Shown here in pieces: positions 1 through 10,033 of a stretch of DNA of 64,000 nucleotides. Below the pieces are notes generated by a model. That model was not told the DNA's origin. It saw nothing but the letters and a program-made list of their open reading frames with translations, and did not search any database. Every line of letters begins with the position of its first letter. The first letter of the stretch is position 1. The position numbers were made by a program, and so were the translations under genes. This DNA comes from a plasmid. The stretch lies in the sequence record NZ_CP092205.1; one strand, written 5' to 3'.

Positions 1-139
1 GCTGGATTGATCAGATCGGAAAGCGGAATTTGCGACCCTATCCAGCAAAAAGAAAGGGGACTTAATAGAAGATATTTCCGAGCTATTAAATAGGAAAGTT
101 GTTTTTAAAGTCGGAGATAAAGTAAAACTTATCGAGTCT

Positions 140-406
140 TTGCGAGGGGAATATGAATATCCAAAAAAAGACGAATATGGAATCATCCAGGAGATCTATC
201 GTAAGCCAAAAAAGAATTATTCTATAGGCCAATTTGGCAGAATGCTTGTTGAAACCGATTCAGGAATCATTCTCGTTTTATCAAATACCGGAACACCTTT
301 AGAATGTTCCGTAGATTTAAGACGATTTGAAATCGCGGATCGGATAACAGCCTTAGAGTTTTTTCGTAGAAAGATTCTCAAGGGAATTCTGAAAATGACC
401 GGTTAA
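140..406 (+). CDS. hypothetical protein (TTG start)
   Basis: 88-aa ORF, no recognisable motif. Confidence 0.3.
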   Translation: MRGEYEYPKKDEYGIIQEIYRKPKKNYSIGQFGRMLVETDSGIILVLSNTGTPLECSVDLRRFEIADRITALEFFRRKILKGILKMTG

Positions 407-663
407 AAAGACTTTCTCCTATCGATTGAAACAAACGGTTTTAAGATCTTTTTGACTCAAAGTCCCGTCTACAAACCAACGTGTTTTCCTTTGCATTGCG
501 TATTGTTTTTAACGGATAAAATACAATCCAGATTTTCTTTCGGTCACGCCACTGAATTAATCACAACTTCTTAATTAAACTTGAACCCCCCAAATAGGAT
601 TCCCTTCCCGATAAAACCGGACACGTTTTACAATCGGGAAAACTAAAAAAAGGAATCAATCCA

Positions 664-1197
664 GTGTCTAACGAAACAACTCAAAATGAATCCGTATCCA
701 ATGATCCCAAATTGGTAGCGGTCGAAGATCAATTCGAAAACACCTCATCTATTATCGAGGAGACCTCTCTACAAGCTCCGCATCCCTTACCTCCCGCGTC
801 TGAAGATATAGAACGAAACGATTTAAAAGAAATGGAGTCCGTAGAGGACGAAGATGTGATTTTAGCAAACCTAGTTCTGGAACTTGGTCCCGAAGATCGG
901 CAAAATCTATTCGATAGTCTCAATTCCTCGGTGGTAAACAATCAATCCCGAGACACTGTTCTTCATATTTTATTCTGGAAGGGATTTAGATTACTTAGAA
1001 TCGCGGGTCTTGTTTCCGGTACTGAAGACTCAGATACTGATTTTGCCGAAAAGATCGGAAAGTTGTCCTCCCAGGATAAACAGGTTTTATATGATAGCGT
1101 CTGCTCGTCCCTCGACAATCAAAGAAGTAAGGATACGGTGCTTCACGTTCTGTTTTGGAAAGCGTGTAAATTAATCAGAGAAGCGGGTATCGAATAA
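664..1197 (+). CDS. hypothetical protein with internal duplication
   Basis: Two copies of a ~40-aa unit (…RDTVLHILFWKGFRLLRIAG / …KDTVLHVLFWKACKLIREAG). Confidence 0.4.
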   Translation: MSNETTQNESVSNDPKLVAVEDQFENTSSIIEETSLQAPHPLPPASEDIERNDLKEMESVEDEDVILANLVLELGPEDRQNLFDSLNSSVVNNQSRDTVLHILFWKGFRLLRIAGLVSGTEDSDTDFAEKIGKLSSQDKQVLYDSVCSSLDNQRSKDTVLHVLFWKACKLIREAGIE

Positions 1198-1236
1198 AAA
1201 TTTAATCCTCTCTTAATTTTAGAGAGGGTTTACTTT

Positions 1237-2214
1237 ATGAAGAGAGAATCGCCTCTTTCAGAATATAGAGTCTTGCGGGAACTTACATACGCTTGGCTCT
1301 ATTATTTTATCTCCCTACAGTACGCCTTACTTGGGGATCCAAAGAAGGGAATCCATTTTGATATTCAAAAATCACTCTGGTCCGATGCAATGGGAGTCTT
1401 GCGAAAGAAATTTTTCGGTGAACTCCTTGTTCGTCCGACTTTTTTTCCGAGAACGATTAACGTCACTCCTAACCCTTTAGAGGATTATTCAAAACTTCTA
1501 AAACAAACGGGTAGGATCGTTTTTCCGGAAGGAGTCATTTCTCGGGATGAGTTAGAAGAAGCCGATCAAGGAATTTTTGATTTTTTAGCCCAAGACTGGA
1601 ACAGAATCTATAAAGAAGAAAGAAACAAATCCACAATTCTAGGATATATCGCTCAATACATGATCGGAGAGGGAGAAGATCCGGATGAACTTATGGAGAT
1701 GACAATTCCAGAATTTTCAGAGCGCGCGAAGGACTACAATTTTCCCGAACTTGGAGATATTGATGTTCTCATGGAAGAAACAGGATTAACGAGAGAGCAA
1801 ACCTACTCCCTAATTTATGGACAAGCTAAAGGAGCCGAATGGCTTGCAATCTATGACAAGAACGGTAAAAGGTCCGGTCGAGCGTATGAATTAATCACAA
1901 AAATGTATAGGCGTCAAATCGCGGAAGCACTCGCCCGAAACGCTACTGAGGCAGAAATTCGAACACTCATGATCTCGCCCGATGACTCGGAGATTCAAGA
2001 AGCTCTGGGTTTATTCGAAGATGGGATTTCGGATACAGTACGATCTCGTCGGGAAAGAGTGTATGAAAAGTTAGTCACGAATCACCTAAATCGGGACATG
2101 ACTCGTTTTGCATATACAGAGGCCTCGATCAATTTTAATAACGGTAAACTTCTCATGCTCGCAAATGAAAAAAAAGGCGCTCAGTACGTTCAATTTGGAG
2201 GTGGCGAGTACTAG
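1237..2214 (+). CDS. hypothetical phage protein
   Basis: 325-aa ORF in a tight same-strand gene array; no motif recognised. Confidence 0.4.
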   Translation: MKRESPLSEYRVLRELTYAWLYYFISLQYALLGDPKKGIHFDIQKSLWSDAMGVLRKKFFGELLVRPTFFPRTINVTPNPLEDYSKLLKQTGRIVFPEGVISRDELEEADQGIFDFLAQDWNRIYKEERNKSTILGYIAQYMIGEGEDPDELMEMTIPEFSERAKDYNFPELGDIDVLMEETGLTREQTYSLIYGQAKGAEWLAIYDKNGKRSGRAYELITKMYRRQIAEALARNATEAEIRTLMISPDDSEIQEALGLFEDGISDTVRSRRERVYEKLVTNHLNRDMTRFAYTEASINFNNGKLLMLANEKKGAQYVQFGGGEY

Positions 2215-2768
2215 TGTCTGACTTGGATTCGAACCCAATTGTTTGTTCAAAGTGTAAGGAGTTTCTGGGACAAATTGCGAGAGTATTTCCGTCTTTAGAC
2301 AGCCTCCAAGACGAAAAATATATGAAGTCTTTAGGACTCGTATATTTGGGTGGGGATCAGTTTTCCGGCGATCCAGTTACTTCAATCGCTGTCTGGCCTG
2401 GAAAAAGTAACGCCTTACTTCACTTGGAAGATTATCAGTTTTGCTGTCCTATGCACCCGAATTGCTCGCATGAATATGTAGCGGTGAGTGTTGACGAAAT
2501 CGATGATATAGACTTGAGTGAAATCGACGAAATATTCAGACAAGGGAAAATCAGAGACGCAAAAGAACGAATTCGAACCGACGACAAATACGAAAAAAAC
2601 GTAGAGGCCAATGAAGAAAGAATCAGACTTGAAAGAAATTTTGGCCCGATACGAAAAAGTGATCTATATTCAATCGGGGTCTGGGAGGAACCGACGTGTT
2701 GTCACGAACCTGAATCGGATTTGTGGCTCACTGAATATATCGATTGGAAACTTACAAACACACTTTAA
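2214..2768 (+). CDS. Cys-rich putative zinc-binding protein
   Basis: CxxC, CCPMHPNCSHE and CCHEPE cysteine clusters; start overlaps previous stop. Confidence 0.4.
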   Translation: MSDLDSNPIVCSKCKEFLGQIARVFPSLDSLQDEKYMKSLGLVYLGGDQFSGDPVTSIAVWPGKSNALLHLEDYQFCCPMHPNCSHEYVAVSVDEIDDIDLSEIDEIFRQGKIRDAKERIRTDDKYEKNVEANEERIRLERNFGPIRKSDLYSIGVWEEPTCCHEPESDLWLTEYIDWKLTNTL

Positions 2769-2995
2769 CCGGAAAAATAAGAAAATATATCCCTTGGAAT
2801 CGTGACTCTAATCGCGGAGGCTACGGCTTTATCACAGGAAATGACGGAATAGAATATTTCTTTAACGCAAAGTATTCTTTCTTGAGTGAATCTGAAATCA
2901 AAGAAGGAATAGAAGTAGTATTCTCACTTCGCAAAGGTTTCGATAAAAAGCGCGAAGAATTCGTCCTGCAAGCGACCAAAGTTTCAAAGGCATGA
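2744..2995 (+). CDS. cold-shock-domain-like nucleic-acid-binding protein
   Basis: LTGKIRKYIPWN…GYGFITGNDGIEYFFNAKYSF resembles CspA MTGxVKWFN…KGFGFI…DVFVHFSAI. Confidence 0.4.
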   Translation: METYKHTLTGKIRKYIPWNRDSNRGGYGFITGNDGIEYFFNAKYSFLSESEIKEGIEVVFSLRKGFDKKREEFVLQATKVSKA

Positions 2996-4110
2996 GGAAA
3001 TCAGGACAAGGTGGAGTTACACCTTTTTCAATCACAACCAAACCAAATATTCTTACTCCCCTAACGAATGAAGACCTTTTAGAGAGAAGAGGGGAGTCTG
3101 CTCTTTGGTACAGACTTTCTTCTTGCCCTTGTCCGGCGGAAGACAGGCTACCGGATTGTAAGTTTTGCTTTGAAGGACTCATTCGAACATTCCAAGAGGA
3201 CTTACTCATTCAGGAAGAAACCGCTTGGAAAATAGTCGGGAATAAGGTTTTCACCCGCTATGCTCCGATTACACAGATCGAAAGCGCAATTTTAATTTCG
3301 CGGGAAACCCAAAAAGAACTCACAATCAAACGTATCCATGAAGAATACTTCGAAGTCGAAGAGCCTCTGAAGTATTGGAATTCAGTACTTCTCAAATATA
3401 AAGTTTCACTCGTTGAAGAAATGTATGTGGAAGCGGAAGGAAAAAACGAATACGTTTTATTTCCTAAAATTCCATTTGGTGCAATCATCGGTGTCGTTGA
3501 GGTTTTCAAAGTTCCTGATTCTGAAACCGAAAAACCCGTTTCTGTAGAATACAGTGGGTATACTTTAAACTCAGTTATTTTTCCGAAAAGAGTCAATGGT
3601 AAACACAGACTTAAAGTTCTTTTCTACAACCCGGTAAAGATAGGGTACAAAACGTATCGAGTGGATCCGGATTCGAGAAAAATTTTTGATCGAAGCCAAA
3701 TCACGTTCCAAGACGGGGAGCTGATGGGAGTTCTGGGAGGGGGTTACAAAATGGGAGAAGGTGATATTATCACACTTCTTGTTTCCACTCTTAGACATTC
3801 CGAGTTTATCGCCTATCAAAACAAAGCCTTTGACGTCGTTTCCTATTCTCCCATTGCCTCAATCGATCGAATTATTTCTAAAGGAAGAAACGGTTTCGTA
3901 ACCCACGAGGAAGGAACGGATTTTTTAATCTTTGGAGATTCGAGAATCCAGTGGTTGTCCGATAAACCGAAAACGGGCTACACTATTATTTACGACTATC
4001 ATCCAACGTTTCGAGTCACCGGATTTATCGAAGGCGGAAGTGGAGAGGATCGGGACAAACCTAAACTTTTCAAAATGAAACCACTCGCAAATTTCAACGG
4101 AAGGCAGTAA
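2992..4110 (+). CDS. hypothetical phage protein
   Basis: 372-aa ORF, coding-like composition. Confidence 0.45.
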   Translation: MRKSGQGGVTPFSITTKPNILTPLTNEDLLERRGESALWYRLSSCPCPAEDRLPDCKFCFEGLIRTFQEDLLIQEETAWKIVGNKVFTRYAPITQIESAILISRETQKELTIKRIHEEYFEVEEPLKYWNSVLLKYKVSLVEEMYVEAEGKNEYVLFPKIPFGAIIGVVEVFKVPDSETEKPVSVEYSGYTLNSVIFPKRVNGKHRLKVLFYNPVKIGYKTYRVDPDSRKIFDRSQITFQDGELMGVLGGGYKMGEGDIITLLVSTLRHSEFIAYQNKAFDVVSYSPIASIDRIISKGRNGFVTHEEGTDFLIFGDSRIQWLSDKPKTGYTIIYDYHPTFRVTGFIEGGSGEDRDKPKLFKMKPLANFNGRQ

Positions 4111-4122
4111 TCGGATTTTAGG

Positions 4123-4638
4123 ATGAAACAAGGGATAAATATGGAATTTAAAAATCGTTTCTTTGGTTGGCTTTTCTTTTCATTTAAAACAAATTTTTTA
4201 ACTAAGAAATTAAGCGAGTTTCTTTTCTATTTAGAAAGAACGGACCTTTTCAAAATACTTTCTTACCGCGCGTCTGTTCTACTTCAAACCCTAAGACTTC
4301 ACCTTATCCTTGTGAAATATTTATCTGGTATGCTTTCCCTCGCTTGGTTTACCTGGTGGAATAAAGTTAAGTTTAGAACTGAGCCAGTCGGACAAATTAT
4401 TGTATTACACTACAATGCAGATACTCACAAGCCGGAAGACTTTGTATCCAATCTAGAGAGAAAAGTCGCAATCCCATTTAAAACATTGCATGGATATATT
4501 CCCGTCGTTCTGATTTTACCCTTTGGCGCAACGATTCAAGCCGGGAGTTGGAACGGATTTGTAAAATCACTCGACCGGGACCAAAGAAGAGAAAACCAAG
4601 AAGCACTCTATAAATACCGAGAAAATTCAATCATTTAA
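4123..4638 (+). CDS. hypothetical protein
   Basis: 171-aa ORF with hydrophobic N-terminal region. Confidence 0.3.
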   Translation: MKQGINMEFKNRFFGWLFFSFKTNFLTKKLSEFLFYLERTDLFKILSYRASVLLQTLRLHLILVKYLSGMLSLAWFTWWNKVKFRTEPVGQIIVLHYNADTHKPEDFVSNLERKVAIPFKTLHGYIPVVLILPFGATIQAGSWNGFVKSLDRDQRRENQEALYKYRENSII

Positions 4639-4647
4639 GAAAGTGGG

Positions 4648-7386
4648 TTGAGACGAGGTATTTTAGAAATGGAGATTCTTACAAAGGAGGATATCACTTC
4701 TGAAATTGCAGAGACGATTTTGGACAAGATTCATTTGTCTATGACAAAAACAAATCCTCTTTGGCAAGAGTGGGTGATGGGAGAAGAAGAACCTTGGTAT
4801 GAAGGGGAGATCAATTCCCTGTCTCGCAAAGGCTTAATAACCGTTCTCAGGTCTTCCGAAAAAGAACTTTCTCAAGATGGAATGATCGCTCTTTCCAAAG
4901 AGTTTAAATCTCTTGGCGCTTCATTTCTTGCGAACTACTTAAAAAACCGAGCTGAAATAGTCGAAGTTTCAGATCCTAACGATTCTGGACAAGAAGGACC
5001 GGACGAGACTCAAAAATCAAATCTCGAAATACAATCCTCTAACGTTCTAAAAGCAGAACCTACTCCGTCTCAAAAGAAAGCAGGCAACTACAAAAAAAAT
5101 CACGTACGAATTCAAGGGATTGATATTTCAATCGAGAATCGGAAGGGTTCATATCGGTCTGGAGTTGATGAAAGCGGTAAACCCTGGAGAAATCAAATCA
5201 AGTTTGATTACGGGTATATAAAAAGGACACAAGGAGCCGATGGGGATCACGTTGATGTATTTGTAGGTCCGGATCCCGATTCACAAATTGTTTTTGTCGT
5301 GAATCAAAAAAACAAGGATGGATCTTTCGACGAGCATAAAGTAATGCTCGGATTTCACGACGAGAAATCCGCAAAACAAGGATATCTTGTAAACTACAAG
5401 AAGGGTTGGACTGGTCTTGGTTCGATTGTTCTTTTGACCATTCCTCAATTTAAGGAGTGGCTTTTTTCAAAGAATACCAAAACGGAATTAAAGAGTCCGA
5501 AACTTGAGTTTTTAAAATCGAAACTTTATGAATTTCGAAACTCGAATATTGATCTTTCGAGGCTTTCCGAAAAAGCAAATCGGTTGAGGTCTGTTTTAGT
5601 TGGCGGATCTGTTCCGGACGAGGAGTATCTACATTCTGTCCAAAAATCAGGGAATGCGGCCGCTCTCATACCTAAACAAATCGTAGTTCATGGAAAACAC
5701 GGAAATTACGTTTCGACAAGGCTTGTAAACCCGGAAGGATATACGGAAAACCACTTCAGTCTTAAACAAGAATCGGCGGTAAGAATCCGTCCTAAGAAAT
5801 ATTCAGATCGCCCCGTTTACAAGCTCTCTCCGGAAGACAAAGATCATGGAAAATTAATCGATCACATAAAGAAAACACTTCTAAGTCAAGGTTTGGATTC
5901 AAGGGCAAAAGAATTTGTAGATCTTGCCTATATTTCCGATACGCGCCAAGATATTTTAGACATCGCTTCCGATTATGTAGATCTTCGAGGAGAATTAAAA
6001 GAATCCGGATTATCCGAAGATGAAAGCAACTTGTTTAAAGCCATGTTACTGGCAGTGTACGAGCCACTTGAAAAGTTAAATTTGATTTTGAAAGGGAAAC
6101 GTGGCCGTCCTCCCGCTCCTATGGGAACGAAGAAAGATTGGAAGGATGGATCGACACGAATAAAAACTGCCGACGGTTGGAAGCCTGTCAAAAAAGAAAG
6201 GCAGGTAAAAGAAGAAAAGCCTACAGCTAAAAAAAGACATTTAAGGGTTATAAAGCCTTCTAAAGAAAGTAGAACTACGAAGAGCGGCTCACTTCCGACA
6301 AAACTTCCTTTCAATCAAATCCGAACGATTGAACAATATACCGCAAAAAAAGATTTCGATCGAAATCAAATCAATTCCTTAAAATTAAAAATCAAAGACA
6401 GTGGATACGATCCCGGATTTCCAATTATCGTAGATAATCAAGAAGGAAAATGGACGGTCGTTGCCGGTCATCACAGATACGAGGCGGTCAAGGAATTGAT
6501 CGCAGAAGGTCACTTTCCTTCCAATTTCGAAATACCAATTGTTCCAAAAGAATTCGCTTCCAGTAACGACCGACTAACTTCTCAGCTTTCAGAGAATCAT
6601 CGAAGAAACGTGTTGCCGACCGATGAGGCGAAAGCATATGGGAAGATGATAGAAAACGGCTGGGATGCGAAGAAAATTTCTGAAAAATTAGGGATTACGA
6701 TCGGAGAAGTGAATAAGCGGTTAGCGTTGAATAACTTAACTCCGGATCTTTTTACACTCGTTCACAAAAAAGACAAATCGCTTCCGTTGGGAGTTGCGGA
6801 AGTCATCGGACTTTTTGCAAAAGACGTAAACGACAAGCCGAATGCAACGATGCAGATCCGGGCATACAAATGGTATGTTGCGAACAGATCGAAATACCCA
6901 GGTAGAGGTCCGTCTGTAGTTCAAAACTATTTGAAAGAATTACAGTCTGGTCAGTTCGATCATTTTGATTTCGATTCCGTCGCAACGGATGTTCAAAGGG
7001 AAGCACTCAGGACGGTGTCTATGGAAACGGCGGCTACAAACCGTAAGATGCTCGAAGTCATGATGGATTCATTATCCAAAACCTATCAGCGCGTACTTGG
7101 TGACAATGTAACGTCTTTGTCCTCTCAAACAATCAAGGAACTCGCGGCTTCTATCGCCGTATCTGCTGACAAAGGAGTCGGATCATCGTCTGTCATTGGG
7201 AGGCTTAACGTAATTATTCAAGATTTATCCATTATCAAAGATTCTCTACAAATGAAACTCAAAGAGATAGAGGACGATTCGAGTATGCCGATGATGTTCG
7301 CAAAATCCTTTCTTTTGGATATTGATGAGACGATTTTTAAAGCAAATCAGGTTAGGGAAGACTATTCTTTGGTAGTTTTGAAATGA
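4648..7386 (+). CDS. phage polyvalent protein: inorganic-pyrophosphatase-like domain + ParB/Srx-like nuclease domain
   Basis: IENRKGSYRSGVDESGKPW…KFDYGYIKRTQGADGDHVDVFV matches family I PPase core (EIPKGS…PANYGFIPQT…DGDPLDVLV). Later GFPIIVDNQEGKWTVVAGHHRYEAV is a ParB/Srx GxxR motif. 912 aa. Confidence 0.6.
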   Translation: MRRGILEMEILTKEDITSEIAETILDKIHLSMTKTNPLWQEWVMGEEEPWYEGEINSLSRKGLITVLRSSEKELSQDGMIALSKEFKSLGASFLANYLKNRAEIVEVSDPNDSGQEGPDETQKSNLEIQSSNVLKAEPTPSQKKAGNYKKNHVRIQGIDISIENRKGSYRSGVDESGKPWRNQIKFDYGYIKRTQGADGDHVDVFVGPDPDSQIVFVVNQKNKDGSFDEHKVMLGFHDEKSAKQGYLVNYKKGWTGLGSIVLLTIPQFKEWLFSKNTKTELKSPKLEFLKSKLYEFRNSNIDLSRLSEKANRLRSVLVGGSVPDEEYLHSVQKSGNAAALIPKQIVVHGKHGNYVSTRLVNPEGYTENHFSLKQESAVRIRPKKYSDRPVYKLSPEDKDHGKLIDHIKKTLLSQGLDSRAKEFVDLAYISDTRQDILDIASDYVDLRGELKESGLSEDESNLFKAMLLAVYEPLEKLNLILKGKRGRPPAPMGTKKDWKDGSTRIKTADGWKPVKKERQVKEEKPTAKKRHLRVIKPSKESRTTKSGSLPTKLPFNQIRTIEQYTAKKDFDRNQINSLKLKIKDSGYDPGFPIIVDNQEGKWTVVAGHHRYEAVKELIAEGHFPSNFEIPIVPKEFASSNDRLTSQLSENHRRNVLPTDEAKAYGKMIENGWDAKKISEKLGITIGEVNKRLALNNLTPDLFTLVHKKDKSLPLGVAEVIGLFAKDVNDKPNATMQIRAYKWYVANRSKYPGRGPSVVQNYLKELQSGQFDHFDFDSVATDVQREALRTVSMETAATNRKMLEVMMDSLSKTYQRVLGDNVTSLSSQTIKELAASIAVSADKGVGSSSVIGRLNVIIQDLSIIKDSLQMKLKEIEDDSSMPMMFAKSFLLDIDETIFKANQVREDYSLVVLK

Positions 7387-7390
7387 AACA

Positions 7391-7627
7391 TTGGAGGAAA
7401 CTTTGAAAAATCACGAATCATTTAGACACCATCCGGAAGTTCTCCAGTTTCGAGCTTTGCTTACTGAGGGACTGTTTTTTCACGCTTTATCTCAGCGCGC
7501 CTTTGATGAGATTATGACTGCAATCGACAAAGCGTATGTCGATCGAGACAATCTTTTGCGCTTTCTACAAAAACGAGAATTGATCGGAGATTTTGAAAGA
7601 GAACTACAATACGGAGAATTGGATTAA
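7391..7627 (+). CDS. hypothetical protein
   Basis: 78-aa ORF directly after the polyvalent gene. Confidence 0.3.
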   Translation: MEETLKNHESFRHHPEVLQFRALLTEGLFFHALSQRAFDEIMTAIDKAYVDRDNLLRFLQKRELIGDFERELQYGELD

Positions 7628-7829
7628 AAGTGAGAAGAGTAACTTGATATTTTAATTTCATTTTATGAAAAAGTAAGGAACTCCAGAAGGTAAAGTAATC
7701 CAAACTTCTCTCGGTAGATTGTATTCTATGAGACTCGAAGCAATCCCAAACAAAGTCCGTCGTATCTCCGCCTTTTAGAAAAGATACTTTAGAAAAAGGT
7801 TACTTACGTTTTCAGACGTGAGTTTTAGC

Positions 7830-7931
7830 CTATCTGCCATTTTTCTTGAATCCAAAGACGCATAAGTAAATGACAAAAGCTAAAATCGCACAACCTACCC
7901 AAACTGCAACGGTCCAGATGACCGTATACAT
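7830..7931 (-). CDS. small hydrophobic peptide (33 aa), speculative
   Basis: MYTVIWTVAVWVGCAILAFVIYLCVFGFKKNGR, a single TM-like helix; below the 60-aa ORF-track cutoff. Confidence 0.2.
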   Translation of the reverse strand: MYTVIWTVAVWVGCAILAFVIYLCVFGFKKNGR

Positions 7932-8240
7932 CAGGATCAATAGAATCAGATTTGTTTCCATTCTTTTCTTCCGGGGGAATCAATTGAAGTTTTTGAGTAA
8001 ATGAATAACACGAAAACTAAGCCAAAAAGACCGGCGTTTAGAGTCAAAGACTGTCCTTCTCTGATTCCTTTTTCAAAAGAAAGAGTGAAGAGAGGAAATC
8101 CGTTAAACCAATGCGACCAATGGTTACGAATTGCAAGTCGCCATCTTTCTTTATCAATCAGTGTCTTAGATGAAAATCGAGAAGCCCTGATTCTCCAAAG
8201 AAAGAGACTGGTTCGAGTCCAAATTCTTGAAAACATACGA

Positions 8241-8591
8241 CTATAAACCGGAACGTCGACTTTCCAAAGCCTTCGCTTTTGATAACAGATCGGACACGAT
8301 TGCCGACACGCTTTCTACAACTTTAGAAATATCCGATTCAACGCTGAACTTTCCATACGCGTACTGAGTGAGTTGGTGAAAGATCAAATCCTCGCTATTT
8401 CCAGGATAGGACTTTTCCATTTCCTTCGCTTTCACGAGCAATGCTTCAATCAAAATATTTGCGTCGTTTGCCGCTTCGCTTGCCTCTTCGCTTGCCTCTT
8501 TTCCTTTGTTAATACCTAGGCCTGTGAGTTGGCTCAATTGTTGAAAAATTAATTGTTGGTTCATACTGCTTCCTCCGCAACATCCAGACAT
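8241..8591 (-). CDS. hypothetical protein
   Basis: 116-aa ORF, last gene of a minus-strand array. Confidence 0.4.
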   Translation of the reverse strand: MSGCCGGSSMNQQLIFQQLSQLTGLGINKGKEASEEASEAANDANILIEALLVKAKEMEKSYPGNSEDLIFHQLTQYAYGKFSVESDISKVVESVSAIVSDLLSKAKALESRRSGL

Positions 8592-8598
8592 AAATTCG

Positions 8599-8766
8599 TT
8601 ACCACTTGCCTATAGGGCATGATTCTCGTTTTAATTTCGTTTTCAGCCTTACAAAGCAGTGGCAAACGGAACACTGCTCTCCAAAAAATCCCTTTAACAA
8701 TAAGGGACACGTAAGACACGTTCCCATTCTTTTTTCTGAAAAATCATAATTTTTCTTTTCATCCAT
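8599..8766 (-). CDS. small Cys-rich zinc-ribbon-like peptide (55 aa), speculative
   Basis: MDEKKNYDFSEKRMGTCLTCPLLLKGFFGEQCSVCHCF…; CxxC…CxxCxC pattern; located between two minus-strand genes. Confidence 0.25.
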   Translation of the reverse strand: MDEKKNYDFSEKRMGTCLTCPLLLKGFFGEQCSVCHCFVRLKTKLKRESCPIGKW

Positions 8767-8772
8767 GATTGA

Positions 8773-9231
8773 CTAACTCCAGAGTCTTCCGTGAACGGTA
8801 TATTGAGATACTAAAGTCCAATGGAAAAATTCGTACTTATAAACTTTGTAACGAGTAAACCAATTGGAGATGTAACAAGTATTGCATGTGTTGATACAGC
8901 ACGTACTCGTGCAACACGGTATAAAAACCGTTCCGCCGGTCCAGCAAAGGCCAATTGTGTTGCTCTGAGAATATCCCGCCGGACAGTCAGGGCAATCAAA
9001 CCAAGGTCCAAGGTTATGACAGCTAGTGTTTCCCCCACACTGCCCGCAATCGGTAACGTTTCCACCCTGATCGATATGTGCGTCTACTACGTGCCAAAGG
9101 TCTCCGATAGAATAAGAACCTTTTGGAAATACATCGTAACGATCAGGTCCTAAATTCCCCACCCAATGGCCACCGGCTCCCGATACTGGAGAAGATGGTC
9201 CGCTAGGTGGGGTTATGCGAAAGGGAACCAA
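8773..9231 (-). CDS. Cys-rich protein, possibly 3' part of a frameshifted tail gene
   Basis: 152 aa with more than 15 Cys. Upstream 9213-9595 holds broken, overlapping minus-strand frames. Confidence 0.35.
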   Translation of the reverse strand: MVPFRITPPSGPSSPVSGAGGHWVGNLGPDRYDVFPKGSYSIGDLWHVVDAHIDQGGNVTDCGQCGGNTSCHNLGPWFDCPDCPAGYSQSNTIGLCWTGGTVFIPCCTSTCCINTCNTCYISNWFTRYKVYKYEFFHWTLVSQYTVHGRLWS

Positions 9232-9595
9232 GTACCTCCATTATCCTTACTCCAATAGGCAAAGTTCCCTTGCGTCCGTACTTGAAATTTTGCGTTGTCG
9301 TAACCGGGTGAAACGGAAGTCCTGATAAAATTTTTAGATTCCACATGCCCAAAAAGCCAGTTGATCGCATCGGCAATTGACGTTCGGTCACCGATTCCTG
9401 GATTTAACTGCACCTCTACCCCAATTAAACCCGGATCATATACGGGTAAAATTCGAATGAGGTTTGTAATGGGTCCACCGATAGTATTTTTCTTAAAAGA
9501 TAAAAGACCGATTCTTCCTGTCGTCGGTGTTGGAAGACCTGGAGAGTTTACCCATTGTTCAAAAAGACTCGTCCTGTATGTTTTACGAGTCGGTC

Positions 9596-10033
9596 TTACT
9601 TGGGGTTGAAATCTTTGAGTGGTTGTATTCCAAAGAGAAACCGCCGAAGAATCGGTAAGAGTTTCTCGAGTTCGATTTCATAGATTCCTTCTAAAGAACC
9701 GGAGTGAGGAGAAAGCGTTACAGGTGGAAAGATATAAACTGCGTGCGGTCGAATATAAAGACCGGCACTTACTTTAATTGTTTGGTTATCAAGTGTAGAA
9801 ACCGAAAAACCAATTGCCGTATCCGTGTTTCTTCCGATAGTCGCAAGTATTGCGGTTAGGACTGCGGGAATTGCGGAATGTTCTGATGCCGCTCCCGACA
9901 ATCGATTGAAATCGTTTGCCGTGACTTTTTGAAGTAAACTTTGATAGTAAACTTTAACTTCGTTATCAGTTAAAGGAATCTTTAATTCGTTAGCCATCTG
10001 TTTCCCCTGCAAATGCGGCAACGCCGGCCGCAA
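9596..10033 (-). CDS. putative baseplate/tail protein
   Basis: 145 aa, start overlaps the upstream gene; position within the baseplate array. Confidence 0.35.
   Translation of the reverse strand: MRPALPHLQGKQMANELKIPLTDNEVKVYYQSLLQKVTANDFNRLSGAASEHSAIPAVLTAILATIGRNTDTAIGFSVSTLDNQTIKVSAGLYIRPHAVYIFPPVTLSPHSGSLEGIYEIELEKLLPILRRFLFGIQPLKDFNPK

Noticed and set aside
5973-6314. Opposite-strand ORFs inside large genes (also 16274-16528, 25534-25971, 3258-3596, 40599-40988, 37720-37941, 60479-60700)
   Set aside because: Fully embedded antisense to strong long ORFs, with low-complexity translations; treated as shadow ORFs.
7946-8246. Overlapping antiparallel ORFs 7946-8236 (-) and 8001-8246 (+)
   Set aside because: Cannot decide which, if either, is real; both have odd composition; left uncalled.
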